Below are positions 1-12,589 of a stretch of DNA of 64,000 bases, piece after piece. The position numbers and the translations under genes are program-made. Location: the NCBI RefSeq assembly GCF_009914755.1, contig NC_060937.1; one strand, 5' to 3'. The notes under the pieces are model-generated. The model saw nothing but the letters and a program-made list of their open reading frames with translations, was not told where the DNA came from and made no database searches. This DNA comes from the human T2T-CHM13v2.0 reference genome, Homo sapiens. Numbering within the stretch: the stretch's first letter is position 1; each line of letters opens with the position of its first letter.

Positions 1-558
1 ATAGTAACCAAAACAGCATGGTACTAGTGCAAAAACAGACACATACACCAGTGGAACAGAATAGAGAGGTTAGAAGTAAGACCACATACCTACAACTATC
101 TAATCTTTGACTAAGCTGGCAAAAACAAGCAATGGGGAAAAGATTCCCTATTCAATAAATGGTGCTGGGATAACTGGCTAGCGATATGCAGAAGATTGAA
201 GTTGGACTTCTTCCTTATACTATACACAAAAATCACTGAAGATGGATTAAATACTTAAATGTAAAACCCAAAACTATAAAAGCCCTGGAAGACAACATAG
301 ACAATACCATCCTGGACATAGAAAGAGGCAAAGATTTCATGATAAAGACATCAAAAACAACTATTGACAAGTGGGATCTAATTAAACTTAAAAGCTTCTG
401 CTCAGCAAAAGAAATTATCAAGAGAGTGAACAGACAACATATAGAATGAGGAAAAAATATTTACAAACTATGTGTCTGACAAAGATCTAATATTCAATAT
501 AAGGAACTTAAATTTACAAGAGAAAAACAAAAAACCCTATTAAAAAGTGGCCAAAGCC
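1..558 (+). mobile_element. LINE-1 ORF2 3' fragment (old primate L1), runs off the window start
   Basis: Typical ORF2 DNA (aaaacagcatggtact, ttcaataaatggtgctggga, taaaaagtgg), decayed with stops. Confidence 0.9.
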
Positions 559-2430
559 CTGACTTCTGAATGGCACTTCTAGACCCAGCCAGGGACTGAG
601 GGATCTCACTGCCTTAAAGGAAAGAACACAGGCCTGTCTGGCTTTGCCAACTGCTAATTGTAGAGACCAAAGGCCTTGAGTGAACATAGGCAGTCGTCAG
701 AAAGTGCATGCAGCAGGACTTGAGCAAGACCCGTGCTGTGCTAGCTTCAGGTCTGATCCAGGGCATCATAGTGGTGGTGGCCAGGGGTGCTTGTGTCTTT
801 CTTCTCCCAGCTTTAGGTGGCTTAGAACAGAGAGAAAGACTCTGTATCTTTGAGAGAAAATAAGGGTAGGGAAAAAGAGTCTCTAGCTAGTAATCCAGAA
901 AATTCTCCTGGATCTTGTTGAAGGCTGTCAGGGTGGTACTTCTGTGAGTCTGGAAGAATTACAGCATTATTGGGTATAAGGTGCCCCATAAAGCAGATAT
1001 AGCTTAGATCACAACACCCAACTCTTTTCAAATATGTGAAAGCCTTCCTAAGAAAGATAGCTACAAATAAGCCCAGACAATGAAGACTACAATAAATACT
1101 CACCTTTTCTCTCTTTAAATTTTATTTTTTAAACCTCTCATATGGTGCTGCATGCCCAAGATTTTAATGTCCAGACACTGAAGAACATCTACTAGCATCA
1201 ACACCATCCAGGAAAACATGACCTCACCAAGTGAACTAAATAAGGCACTGGGGACAAATACTGGAGAAAAAGAGATATGTGATGTTTCAGACAGAGAATT
1301 CGAAATAGCTGTATTTAAAAAAAAAAACTGAAAGAAATTTCAGATAACAAAGTAAAGAAATTCCAAATTTTATCAGCTAAACTCAACAAAGAGATTGAAA
1401 TAGTTATAGCAAATAAAGCAGAAATTCTGAGCTGAAAAATGCAATTGGCATGCTGAAGAATGCAATAAAGCCATGTAACAGCAGAATGGATCAAGCAGAA
1501 GAAATAGTGAGCTTGAAGACAGGCTCTTTGAAAATACATAGAAGAGACAAAAGAAAAAGAATAAAAACAACAAATCATGCGGACAGGATCTAGAAAATAG
1601 CCTCACAAAGACAGATCTAAGAGTTATTTGTTTTAAAGAAGATGTAGAGAAAGAGGCAGGGGAGGATCTAGAAAATAGCCTCACAAAGACAGATCTAAGA
1701 GTTATTGGTTTTAAAGAAGATGTAGAGAAAGAGGCAGGGGTAGAAAAATTTATTCAAAGGGATAATAACACAGAACTTTCCAAACCTAGAGAAAGATATC
1801 CATATCCACCTACAAAAATGTTATAGAACATTAAGCAGATTTAACCCAAAAAAGACTACTTCAAAGCATTCAATAGATCTTCCAAAAGTCAAAAATAAAG
1901 AAAAGTTCTAAACGAAGAAAGAGAAAAGGAACAAATAACATACTGGGGAGCTCCAACACGTCTGGCAGCAGACTTTACAGTGGAAACTCTACTGGCCAGG
2001 AGAGAGAAGCAATAAATATTTAAAGTATTAAAGGAAAAAAAACTTTTACCTTAGAATAGAATATACAGTGAAAATTTTCTTCAAATAAAAAGAAGAAATA
2101 CTGACTTTTTCAGACAAACAAAAGCTGAAGTATTTTATGAATACCATACTTGTCCTAAAGGAATGCTAAAGGGAGTACTTCAATCAGGAAGAAAAGGACA
2201 TTAAGGAGCAATGAATGATCACCTAAAGGTAAAAAAAAATAATCCTCACTGCTAATAGGATACAAAACAAAACAGAATATTATAACACTATAGATGGGTG
2301 TTGTGTAAACTACTCTTATTCAAGGTAGGAATACTAAATAATATCCAATCAAAAGTAATAACTACGACAACATTTCAAGACATAGCACAATAAAATATAA
2401 ATAGAAACAACAAAAAGTTACAAAGTTAAG
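559..2430 (+). mobile_element. Old LINE-1 5'UTR/ORF1 fragment
   Basis: A-rich ORF1-like DNA (cagcagaatggatcaagcagaagaa, gaactttccaaacctagagaaaga, cagacaaacaaaagctgaag) with a 78-bp tandem duplication at 1585-1740; ends abruptly at GC-rich 5S spacer sequence. Confidence 0.8.
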
Positions 2431-2782
2431 GGATGAGCACGACCCGTCCCGAGCCGGCAGATGTGGTGGAAGCTCCGGAGCTCGAGAGCTCGCGGAAGGA
2501 CTGGAGCATGGGCGGAAGGGAGGCCGCCCCGAGAGCCGGAAGCCTGGGCAGGGGACGGAGGCCTCCGGCGCCCCCCAGCAACAGCAGGGCGGCACCACAT
2601 TGGTCCTGCGCCAGGTCTGGCCGCCGGTGACGGCGGGACGCTCTGGGAGGCCGGCGGTGCTCGGGTGTAGAGGGAGACAGCTGCCTGGGAGCACCGGCGA
2701 GCGCCTCTGGGGGTCCCGGATCCGAGACCCGCGGCCCCGGGGTGGCGGTGATGCCTGGAGTGGTGCGGGCGTTGCTGGGCCG

Positions 2783-2794
2783 GGCTCTTGAGGC
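2783..2794 (+). promoter_or_regulatory. 5S rDNA upstream D-box (GGCTCTTGAGGC)
   Basis: One mismatch to the mammalian D-box GGCTCTTGGGGC at exactly -32..-21 from the 5S start; second copy GACTCTTGGGCC at 5227-5238. Confidence 0.8.
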
Positions 2795-2814
2795 AGCCAG
2801 GCGCCGCTGCTGGC

Positions 2815-2934
2815 GTCTAGGCCACACCACCCTGAACGCGCCCGCTCGCCTCTGATCTGTTGAAGCTAAGCAGGGTCGGTCCTGGTTAGTACTTGGATGG
2901 GATTCCACCTGGTAATAGATGGTACGTAGGCTTT
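2815..2934 (+). pseudogene. RNA5SP: 5S rRNA pseudogene (RNA5SP family), full length, diverged
   Basis: gtctaggccacaccaccctgaacgcgcccg...gaagctaagcagggtcggtcctggttagtacttggatggga...gtaggctttt aligns by eye with human 5S rRNA; box A retained, box C and 3' domain mutated, T4 terminator present. Confidence 0.95.
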
Positions 2935-3947
2935 TGGCTTCCCGCTCTCCCTCTTTCCCCCTTTTGTCTCCGTGCTTCCCAACCGCCTCCCGACTCTGCT
3001 CCCCCTTGACCGCCCCCGCGCCCCAGCCGAAGCCCAGGACCTCCTCCTGAAGATCCGCCAATGCAGCACCGCCAGGCAGCAGCATCCCACCTCCTCCGAC
3101 TCGCGGCAGCCCCACCAGGAGCCCGGCTCCAACCCTGGCGCGACGGGACCGACCCTGAGGGCGAAGGCGCGGGTTCCCTGAGGTCCCGGGTGTCTTCACG
3201 CTCCCCGGATTCCCAGGCAATTCCATTCATTCTTCCAGCGACGCGGCAACCGTGCAAGCCGGGGGAAGGGGCGGGCAGGGGCAGCGGGTCCCACAGACCC
3301 CAGCCAAGACCTCCACTCCAGAACCCGTGGGCTGCTTTCCCCAGGGGAAGGATAGTGTCTTTGCCAGCCACGAGGAAATCCGTCCCTGTGCACCCGGTTT
3401 CCCAATGCCACCGACTTCGTGTGAACTCCAGTCCTGAGGAGAGGAGAGACCCAGGCCTCGCCCCATGGACAAGCTTGGCACCAAGGCTCCCTCCAGACAA
3501 ACGAGCACACTCTACAAATCTCGGGGCCCACCGCAACAAGGAGACAGAAAGAAGCAAACAAAGGAAGGACCTTATGAAACGCACCCACAAAGCAACCAAC
3601 CAATTCAAGAAAATAAAACACGTCTTAGGGCTCCGTTGGTTTTCCCGGGTGGGGGGCCCTGACCCCCTGTTCTAGCCCGGCCCAAGCACCCTCCACCCCA
3701 CCCCGGCCTGCTGAAAGGTGCGCTGTCTACCTGAGCAGAGCCTCCCTCTCCAAGGCTCTGTTGCTGTCACTCTACCACTCCCTCACCCTCTCCCTTTCTC
3801 TACTTCCCCCTCCACCTCGCACTCTACTGTGGCGCTCTCTCTTCCCCCCTCTCTGTCTCTCCTACCCCCTTCTCTGTCTCTCTCTCTATCGCTGTCTCTC
3901 TCTCTCCTGGTTCTATTTCTCCATCGCTCTCTCCCTTGCTCTCCTTC

Positions 3948-4402
3948 TGTAGCAGGAGGAGTTGCAGACAAAACCCCTCAGACACCGAGTTGTAGAAGGA
4001 GGGGCTTTATTCAGCTGGGAGCATCGGCAGACTCACGTCTCCAAAAACCTAGCTCTCTGAGTAAGCAATTCCTGTCCCTCTTAAGGGCTTACAACTCTAA
4101 CGGGGTCCGCGTGAGAGGGTCGTGATGGATTGAGGAAGCAGAGGGTACGTGACTGGGGGCTGCATGCACCGGTAATTAGATCAGAACAAAACGGGACAGG
4201 GATTTTCACAGTGCTTTTCTATACAATGTCTGTAATCTATAGATAACATAACCGAGTAGGTCAGGGGTCGATCTTTAACTACCAGGCCCAGGGTGTGGCG
4301 CAGGGCTGTCTGCCTGTGGATTTCATTTCTGCCTTTTAGATTTTACTTCTTCTTTCTTTGGAGGCAGAAATTGGGCATAAGACAATATGAGGGGTGGTCT
4401 CC
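3948..4402 (-). mobile_element. Solo LTR2 (HERV-E/Harlequin, ERV1) inserted in the 5S spacer
   Basis: Reverse complement reads gagaccacccctcatattgtcttatgcccaatttctgcctccaaagaaagaag...aataaa...cctgctaca like LTR2; apparent 4-bp TSD cttc (3944-3947, 4403-4406); unit 2 shows the empty site (ctccttcaagct, ~5754-5765). Confidence 0.88.
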
Positions 4403-5258
4403 CTTCAAGCTATCGGTGTCTGTGTCTTTGTGTGTCCATGTGCGTGTGACCGGGTGTGGTGTGTCTGTGTCCGTGTGAGTGTGTGTCTGCGCGCGTGCAC
4501 CCGTGTGTATCCGTGTGTGTGTCAGGGTGGGTTTGCTTGTGGTAGTGGTGGGGTGTGTCTGGGTGTCCGTCAGCCCCTCTTTCACGGGATGAGGCTGCCG
4601 GGGCTCTAGTGCTGGCGTGGGGCAAAGCAGAGCCTTCCTGCCCCGTTGGCAACGGCGGGTCCTTGTCGGAACAAGCGACGATTGTTTAGGTGTTGTAAGA
4701 AAAATGGCCCGCGGGGCTGGGCCGGCTGTTCGCCCCGGTCAGCCCTGGCGGCTCTGGGTGTGTGGGGCAAGAGGGGGCCTTGCATGAAGGGCAGCAAGGA
4801 ATCCAAAATAATTTTTCCGCGGCAAGGCGGAGGACCCGAGGGGACCCGAGGACAGTGGGCCCTGGGCCCTGACGCCTCGTAGCACACCCCTTCCTGAGCG
4901 GGCCCCTGGTGGTGGAAGCTCTGGAGCTCGAGAGCCAGGGGGAAGGCCTGGAGTGTCAGCGAGAGGGTGGCCGCCTGGAGAGTCCAGAGCCCTGGCAGGG
5001 GAGGGAGGCCTCTGGCGCCTAGGTGGTCTCGCACGTGGTCTGGCCGCCAGCGACAGCGGGACGCTCTGGGAAGTCGGCGGAAAGCGCAGCACGGCGACTA
5101 GTGGTGCTTGGGGGTAGAAGGGGAGAGAAGCCCGGCCAGGGGCAAGTGGCTCTGGGGTGACTGATCCCAGCCCTGTGGCCCCGGGTTGCTGGTGACGCCT
5201 GGAATCAGGCGGGCGTAGCTGGACTGGACTCTTGGGCCAGCCAGGCACCACTGCCATT

Positions 5259-5278
5259 GTCTAAAGCCACACCACCCG
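5259..5278 (+). pseudogene. RNA5SP: 5S rRNA 5' stub (second unit, rest deleted)
   Basis: gtctaaagccacaccacccg lies 32 nt after the start of a D-box, then jumps to spacer sequence matching unit 1 at ~3443 (gagagaccca). Confidence 0.75.
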
Positions 5279-5918
5279 GAAAATGAGAGAGACCCAAGCC
5301 GCAACCCGTGGGCACGCTCAGCGCCACTGCTCCTGCCACAGTGAGGGGCGCACTCTACAACTTTCAGGGTCCACAGCACCAAGAGGACAGGGAGGAGCCA
5401 ACAAAGGAATGAGGCTACGAAACGCACCCCCAAAGCAACCAACCAATCCAAGTAAAAACACGTCTCAGGGCTCTGTTGGTTTTTCCGCGTGGGCGGCCCT
5501 GCCCCCCTGTTCCAGCCCGTCCCAGACACCCTCCACCCTACCCTGGCCAAAGGGGCCCCTGTCTACCAGATACAGCCTCCCTCTCCAAGGCTCTGTTGCT
5601 CTCCCTGTCTAGCTCCCTCACCCTTTCCCTTTCTCTACTTCCCTCTCCACCTTGCTCTCTCTCTCTCAATCTCCCCAGTTCCTCTCTGTCTCTCTCTCGA
5701 TCGCTGTTTCTCTCTCCTTCCGTTTCTATCTCTCCATCCCTCTGTCCCTTGCTCTCCTTCAAGCTGTCTGTGTCTGTGTGTGTGCTTGTGTTCCCGCGCG
5801 TGCGCCCATGTGTGTCTGTGTGTTTGGGAGTGGGTTTGCTAATGATTGTGGTGGGTGAGTCTGGATGTCCATCAGTACCTTAGTCCCGGGATCAGGCTGC
5901 CAACTCTATTGCCAGAGC

Positions 5919-8111
5919 GTGGGTGTCACAGTTGCCGTGATATTCTCACACATGCAGGTGTGTAGATCTCGTTCATTTTCACGTAGACAACGACAGCGAA
6001 ACCACAGAGAAAAGAAACATCCCGTGCATCACGGCCTGAGGATGGATTCCTGTTTCCTGCAAAATGGGGAGTCTCCAATATAGCCTGTTTGAAAACTGGA
6101 AAGGAGAGCACTGACACAATGCTGGTCTTCCACGCATTCCTGGAAGTTTCTGGGACCCCACAGAGCTCAGAAAACAAACAGTCAACATGGTCACGCTTTC
6201 GGTGGGCAGAAACTTGAGCAACAGGCACCTTTGCAGAGGGCAAAGAAACGTGGAATCCAGAATCACGCTTCAGTTGGCCTAAGTGTGACTCCTGTGTGGA
6301 TGGGACTATCCGCCTCGCGCTCTGTTGCAGGGCTCAACGTGGGGATATGTCATCTGTGAACCAAGTGGATGAAAAACAGACAACCACCTGAGTCTGGGCT
6401 CATTGCTCTCTGGGGAATTCGCTCATTCCTTCGGAAACGGAATTGGTCTGAATTGCTCCGGGATGAAGTAACCCAGGCTGGAGATCCAGAGGGCCCCTGA
6501 GCGCCCCACCGGCCAACGGGGCTGTGGGCCCAGCATTTAGCCCGCATTGGGCACCCAACATTTTCCCGGAGTGCTGGGTCCTGTTGGTTCTGGAGGCAGA
6601 AGACCGTTTTTCTCTCTGCCTTCCATTCTCTGTTTCTTGCTCCTTTTGCCCCTCGGTCCATCCTTCCCTCTGTTCTTCCTTCCCTCCCCCGGTTTTTTTC
6701 TCCCTTTCTCCCTCCCTCCCTCTTTCTCTCCCTTCCGGGGTCCCTCCTTCCACCCATCCTTTCCTAGCTCCATCCTTCCATCTCACTCTATCTCCGTTCC
6801 TGTCCTCATCTCTGCCTGCCTTCCCTCTTGCCTGGAAAGGGCAGCACCTCGGTTAGCATGGGGTCTCGGGCCTACATTTAGTTGCAAGGCGCTCCATGGT
6901 GCTGGCAAGGAGGCTGGCGGGACACGGGTTGGCAAGTGATGGTGAGCGAAGAGGCAGAGGAGTCGAGCTGCAGAAAGGAGAACTGGCCTGGCTTCTGCCC
7001 CGGCCCAGTGTTTCGCGGACTGAGGTCTCCGCCAACCCGCCTGAAGAACGCGGGGAAAAAGGGATGAGAGCTCCGCCTGGGCTAGTCAGAAAACCCAGGC
7101 TGCTGCCTGGAAACCCGCGCATGCGCAGTAGAGAGCCCACTTCCGGGTACCTGGACCGGCCCTGGGATCCCCGGCATGCTCAGGAATTCTTTCTTGTCAT
7201 TCTTGACAGCCCTCCTCTGTGTGGAGTCTCTCGCTGGACCTGGAACTCAGGGATCCTAGGCAGGTCAGCTGGAAGGGAAGGCACGCCTCTCCATACCAAG
7301 CCTGAGGTTCACCGCGAAAGAGAGGCCGCCGCTCTGCCCCCACCCCGCCCCCACCCCGCCCCAACCTGCTCCTCCAGCAGAGCCCAGTGTTCGTCCTGGC
7401 TGAGGAGTGGTTCCAGCAAAGTGGACTCTTCCACGTCCTGCAGCTCCCCCAGTGGCGCCGGATCTAGGAAATATTGTGCCTTTTGCTGAAACTCTGGGGT
7501 TGACAGGAGCTCATCTAACAGGCTGGAGGTGAGTGCAGACCAGCTCCCCGGCTCCTGGAGCGGTTGGGAGGCGCCTGGATGGCTGGCATCTGTGCTTGAC
7601 GCGGAGGCCTCCGGGGTCGCGAGCTCCGGAGGTGGAGGTGCCCCGTCTTCGGGTTCCCACGCCGCCCTGGCGACCTGGGGCTCCAGCCCCACCACTGACT
7701 CCGGTGGGACGTGGGTGGCACAAGCACACCTTGCCCCTGTGACTCAGCTTGAGGGGGCCCAAACTGAGCAGGCGCCCAGCAGGCCGTCGCGCAACGGTTT
7801 CTGGTCTTCCTGTCATTTGTTGGGGTGCGGAGGCCACCAGGGAGTCTAAGGATGGGAGAGCCCCAGTTCCGGAGGAGCCAGGGCAGGGAACACAAAGCGC
7901 CACATTCCCAGGCAGGTTGGGAGAGTCCTTCTGCCTGCGCAGCCTGGCTGGGCTGGAGCAGGGGGATGGCCCTTGCTGCCTGGCTCAGGAAAGCCCCCTG
8001 TGGGAGAGCCCCAGGCGCACAGGGCATGTGGGGTGTGGGAAGCGCCGTTCCCCACGCCCTGTTGTGGGTGAACTCGATAGAGAAGGAAGGAGGGTGACAC
8101 CCACCGGGGGT

Positions 8112-8113
<2 letters not shown>
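5919..8113 (-). repeat. Diverged partial D4Z4 (3.3-kb) macrosatellite: 3' part of one unit, KpnI boundary, ~1.2 kb of the next unit
   Basis: Minus strand follows recalled D4Z4 colinearly (ggcctctctttcgcgg, gagagactccacac, ggggatcccag, GGTACC at 7146-7151, ctactgcgca, GA-rich block, gagccctgcaac, aaatgaacgaga). Confidence 0.88.
7309..8113 (-). pseudogene. DUX4L: DUX4-like pseudogene, both homeoboxes missing, frameshifted, C-terminal activation-domain frame retained
   Basis: ORF 7515-8147 gives AWGTALPTPHMPCAPGALPQGAFLSQAARA...GQGVLVPPTS..WWGW; ORF 7309-7695 gives LLDELLSTPEF...LEPLLSQDEHWALLEE. These match the DUX4 middle and C-terminus. Confidence 0.93.
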
Positions 8114-10085
<1,972 letters not shown>

Positions 10086-10094
10086 GGTTTTTGG

Positions 10095-10392
10095 TTGTTC
10101 TTTGTTTTGAGATGGGGTTTCGCTCTGTCGCCCAGGCCAGAGTGCAGTGGCATGATGATAGCTCACTGCAGCCTCAAACTGCTGGGTCAAGCGATTTTTC
10201 TACCACAGCCTCCTGAGTGGCTGGGACTACAGGCATGCAGCACTATGCCTGGCTATTTTTTTTAATACTTTTTTTGTAGAGACGGGATCTCACTATGTTG
10301 CCCAGCTGGTCTTGAACTCCAGGGCTGAAGCAATCCAGCCACTTCAGCCTCCAAAAGTGCAGCCATTACAGGCTTGAGCCACTGCACCCAGC
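10095..10392 (-). mobile_element. Alu (J-like)
   Basis: Reverse Alu dimer (gctcactgcagcctcaaact, cactatgttgcccag). Confidence 0.9.
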
Positions 10393-10418
10393 TTGTCTGC
10401 AGTTCTTAAAACAAAAAC

Positions 10419-10732
<314 letters not shown>

Positions 10733-10764
10733 TTAAAAGTTAAGATAGATTTTTACAAATATAT

Positions 10765-12240
10765 ATATCTACCATTACAGTATCATACAGAATGGTTTTA
10801 CTGCCGTGAAGATTCTCTGTGTTCTGTGTATCCATCTCTTCCTTCCCCTTGGTCCATGGCAACCACTGATCTTTCTACTGTTCCCATAGTTTCACCGTTT
10901 CCAGAATGTCATATAATTGGAATCGAACAGTACATAGACTTTTCGGATTGGCTTCTTCTTTTAGCAATATGCATTTAAGTTTCCTCCATGTATTTTTTTG
11001 TGGCTTGATAGATCATCTCCTGTTAGCGGTGAATAATATCCCATTGCCATTATACTTTTGTCAAGACTCATAAAGTACAATGTGAAGAGTAAATAATTAT
11101 GAATGTGCACTGTAAGCTTTGATAATGAAGGGTCAAGGTAGGTTCCTGGTTGTCACAGGTGTGCTCCTGTGAGGCAGGAAGCTGTAGTGGGGAGGCTGTG
11201 TGTGGGGAAAGGGACATATGGGAGGTCTGTACTCTCTGCTCCGTTTAGCTGTGAACCTGCACTTCTCTAAAAAATAAAATTAGTTAAAATTAAGGGCAAA
11301 AAATTAGAAAAATTAAAACATTACAATGTGTGATATAGTTTTCAAATCATAAGACAGAAAAAGACATAATAAAAGAAACTATAGAAAACAACAAGGATAG
11401 GAATAAAAAACATCAGTGACAGAAGGCAGAAGACAGAAACGTGGAGCCAAACACATTAATTTATTTTAATCATTAGTTATACTCATTTATACTAATTTAT
11501 ATTGATTTAACATATTAATTTTGGCTAAATGGCATTAAAGGAGGTTTGAGGAATTTGCATGTCACATTCTGGATGAGAGGACTCAATAATATTAACTCTT
11601 TAGTTTGCTGTAAATCATTTAAAAATATGCTCAAATTCCAATAAAAATTCCAAGAAAAATATTTTCGAACAAGAAAATGAGATTTTAAATCCACATATTG
11701 AACACACACGAGAGCCAATTTTATAAAATTTACTATAAGATATTTAAGATTGTTATTACTATTCAAACTTAAACAAATTTGAAATGGCACAAAAATAAAC
11801 ACATTAATGAAAGAGAATCAAAAACACAGAAATTGAGTGTAATTTTATCTAGTAACAGGGTAATATTTTAAACCTACAAAACAGAGCCATTTTTCCATTT
11901 ATGATGTTAAAATATTGGGTAGTGATTTGAGAATATAAAGTGATAGAATTGAATCCTGGTCCCACACCTTACATAAAAGTTAATTCCAGTATTAAATGTA
12001 AAAAAAAAAAAAGAGAGAAAAGAAAAGAAAATTAGATGTACCTGTGTTTTATGACCTTGAGAATGAATGAATGTCTTCTAAAATCAAAATTGCAAACAGA
12101 AACTATACAAAAAGGAATAAACCTAACGTACCTAAAACGTAAATTCTTACACATATCAACACCAAGTAAATAGCACAAACAAACTGGGGACATTTTTACA
12201 ACAATTATGTTAGATGAAAGTTAAAATCCTTATGACATAT
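10765..12240. mobile_element. Old L1M fragments in both orientations
   Basis: ggcaaccactgatctttctact...ccagaatgtcatata (minus-strand L1M 3' end), then plus-strand gggacatatgggaggtctgtactctctgc and A-rich decayed ORF2-like DNA. Confidence 0.6.
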
Positions 12241-12589
12241 ACAATGTATAAAACAGTATTATTACCACTATTATTAATACCATTATGATTACCTGGTCTT
12301 CCCACGCACCGGTCCTCTTCTAGTGCCCTGTGGTGAAACAGAGCCCTCCCTCTCTGGCCACAGTGAGGGATCCAGCAGGAAACCTGCCTAAGCCCTCAGA
12401 GGGTGTGAGCCAAGCCAGCACATCACATTCCCTCCTGTAATGACGCAGATACCCACTCACGACAGAGATTTGGTACCTCTCTGGAAAAGCTGTGTAACAA
12501 TTATTGCAGAAACTTGTTTCTTATGTTCCCAGACACATGGAGAAAGCTGGTCTGGAAGACTGATGTCCACATGCTAAGAGAAGCAGTCA

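Larger units (their letters stand above)
2431..5923 (+). repeat. Two degenerate 5S rDNA tandem-repeat units (GC-rich spacer with CT and TG tracts)
   Basis: Blocks recur: gtggtggaagctc(c/t)ggagctcgagagc near 2463 and 4911; aaagcaaccaaccaat near 3588 and 5432; CT and TG tracts each appear twice; 5S +1 positions at 2815 and 5259. Confidence 0.88.

Noticed and set aside
2815-2934. Functional 5S rRNA gene
   Set aside because: Numerous substitutions and an indel, concentrated in box C and the 3' helices.
2362-5883. Many overlapping 100-266 aa ORFs
   Set aside because: GC-rich 5S spacer; open in several frames on both strands with no recognisable domain.
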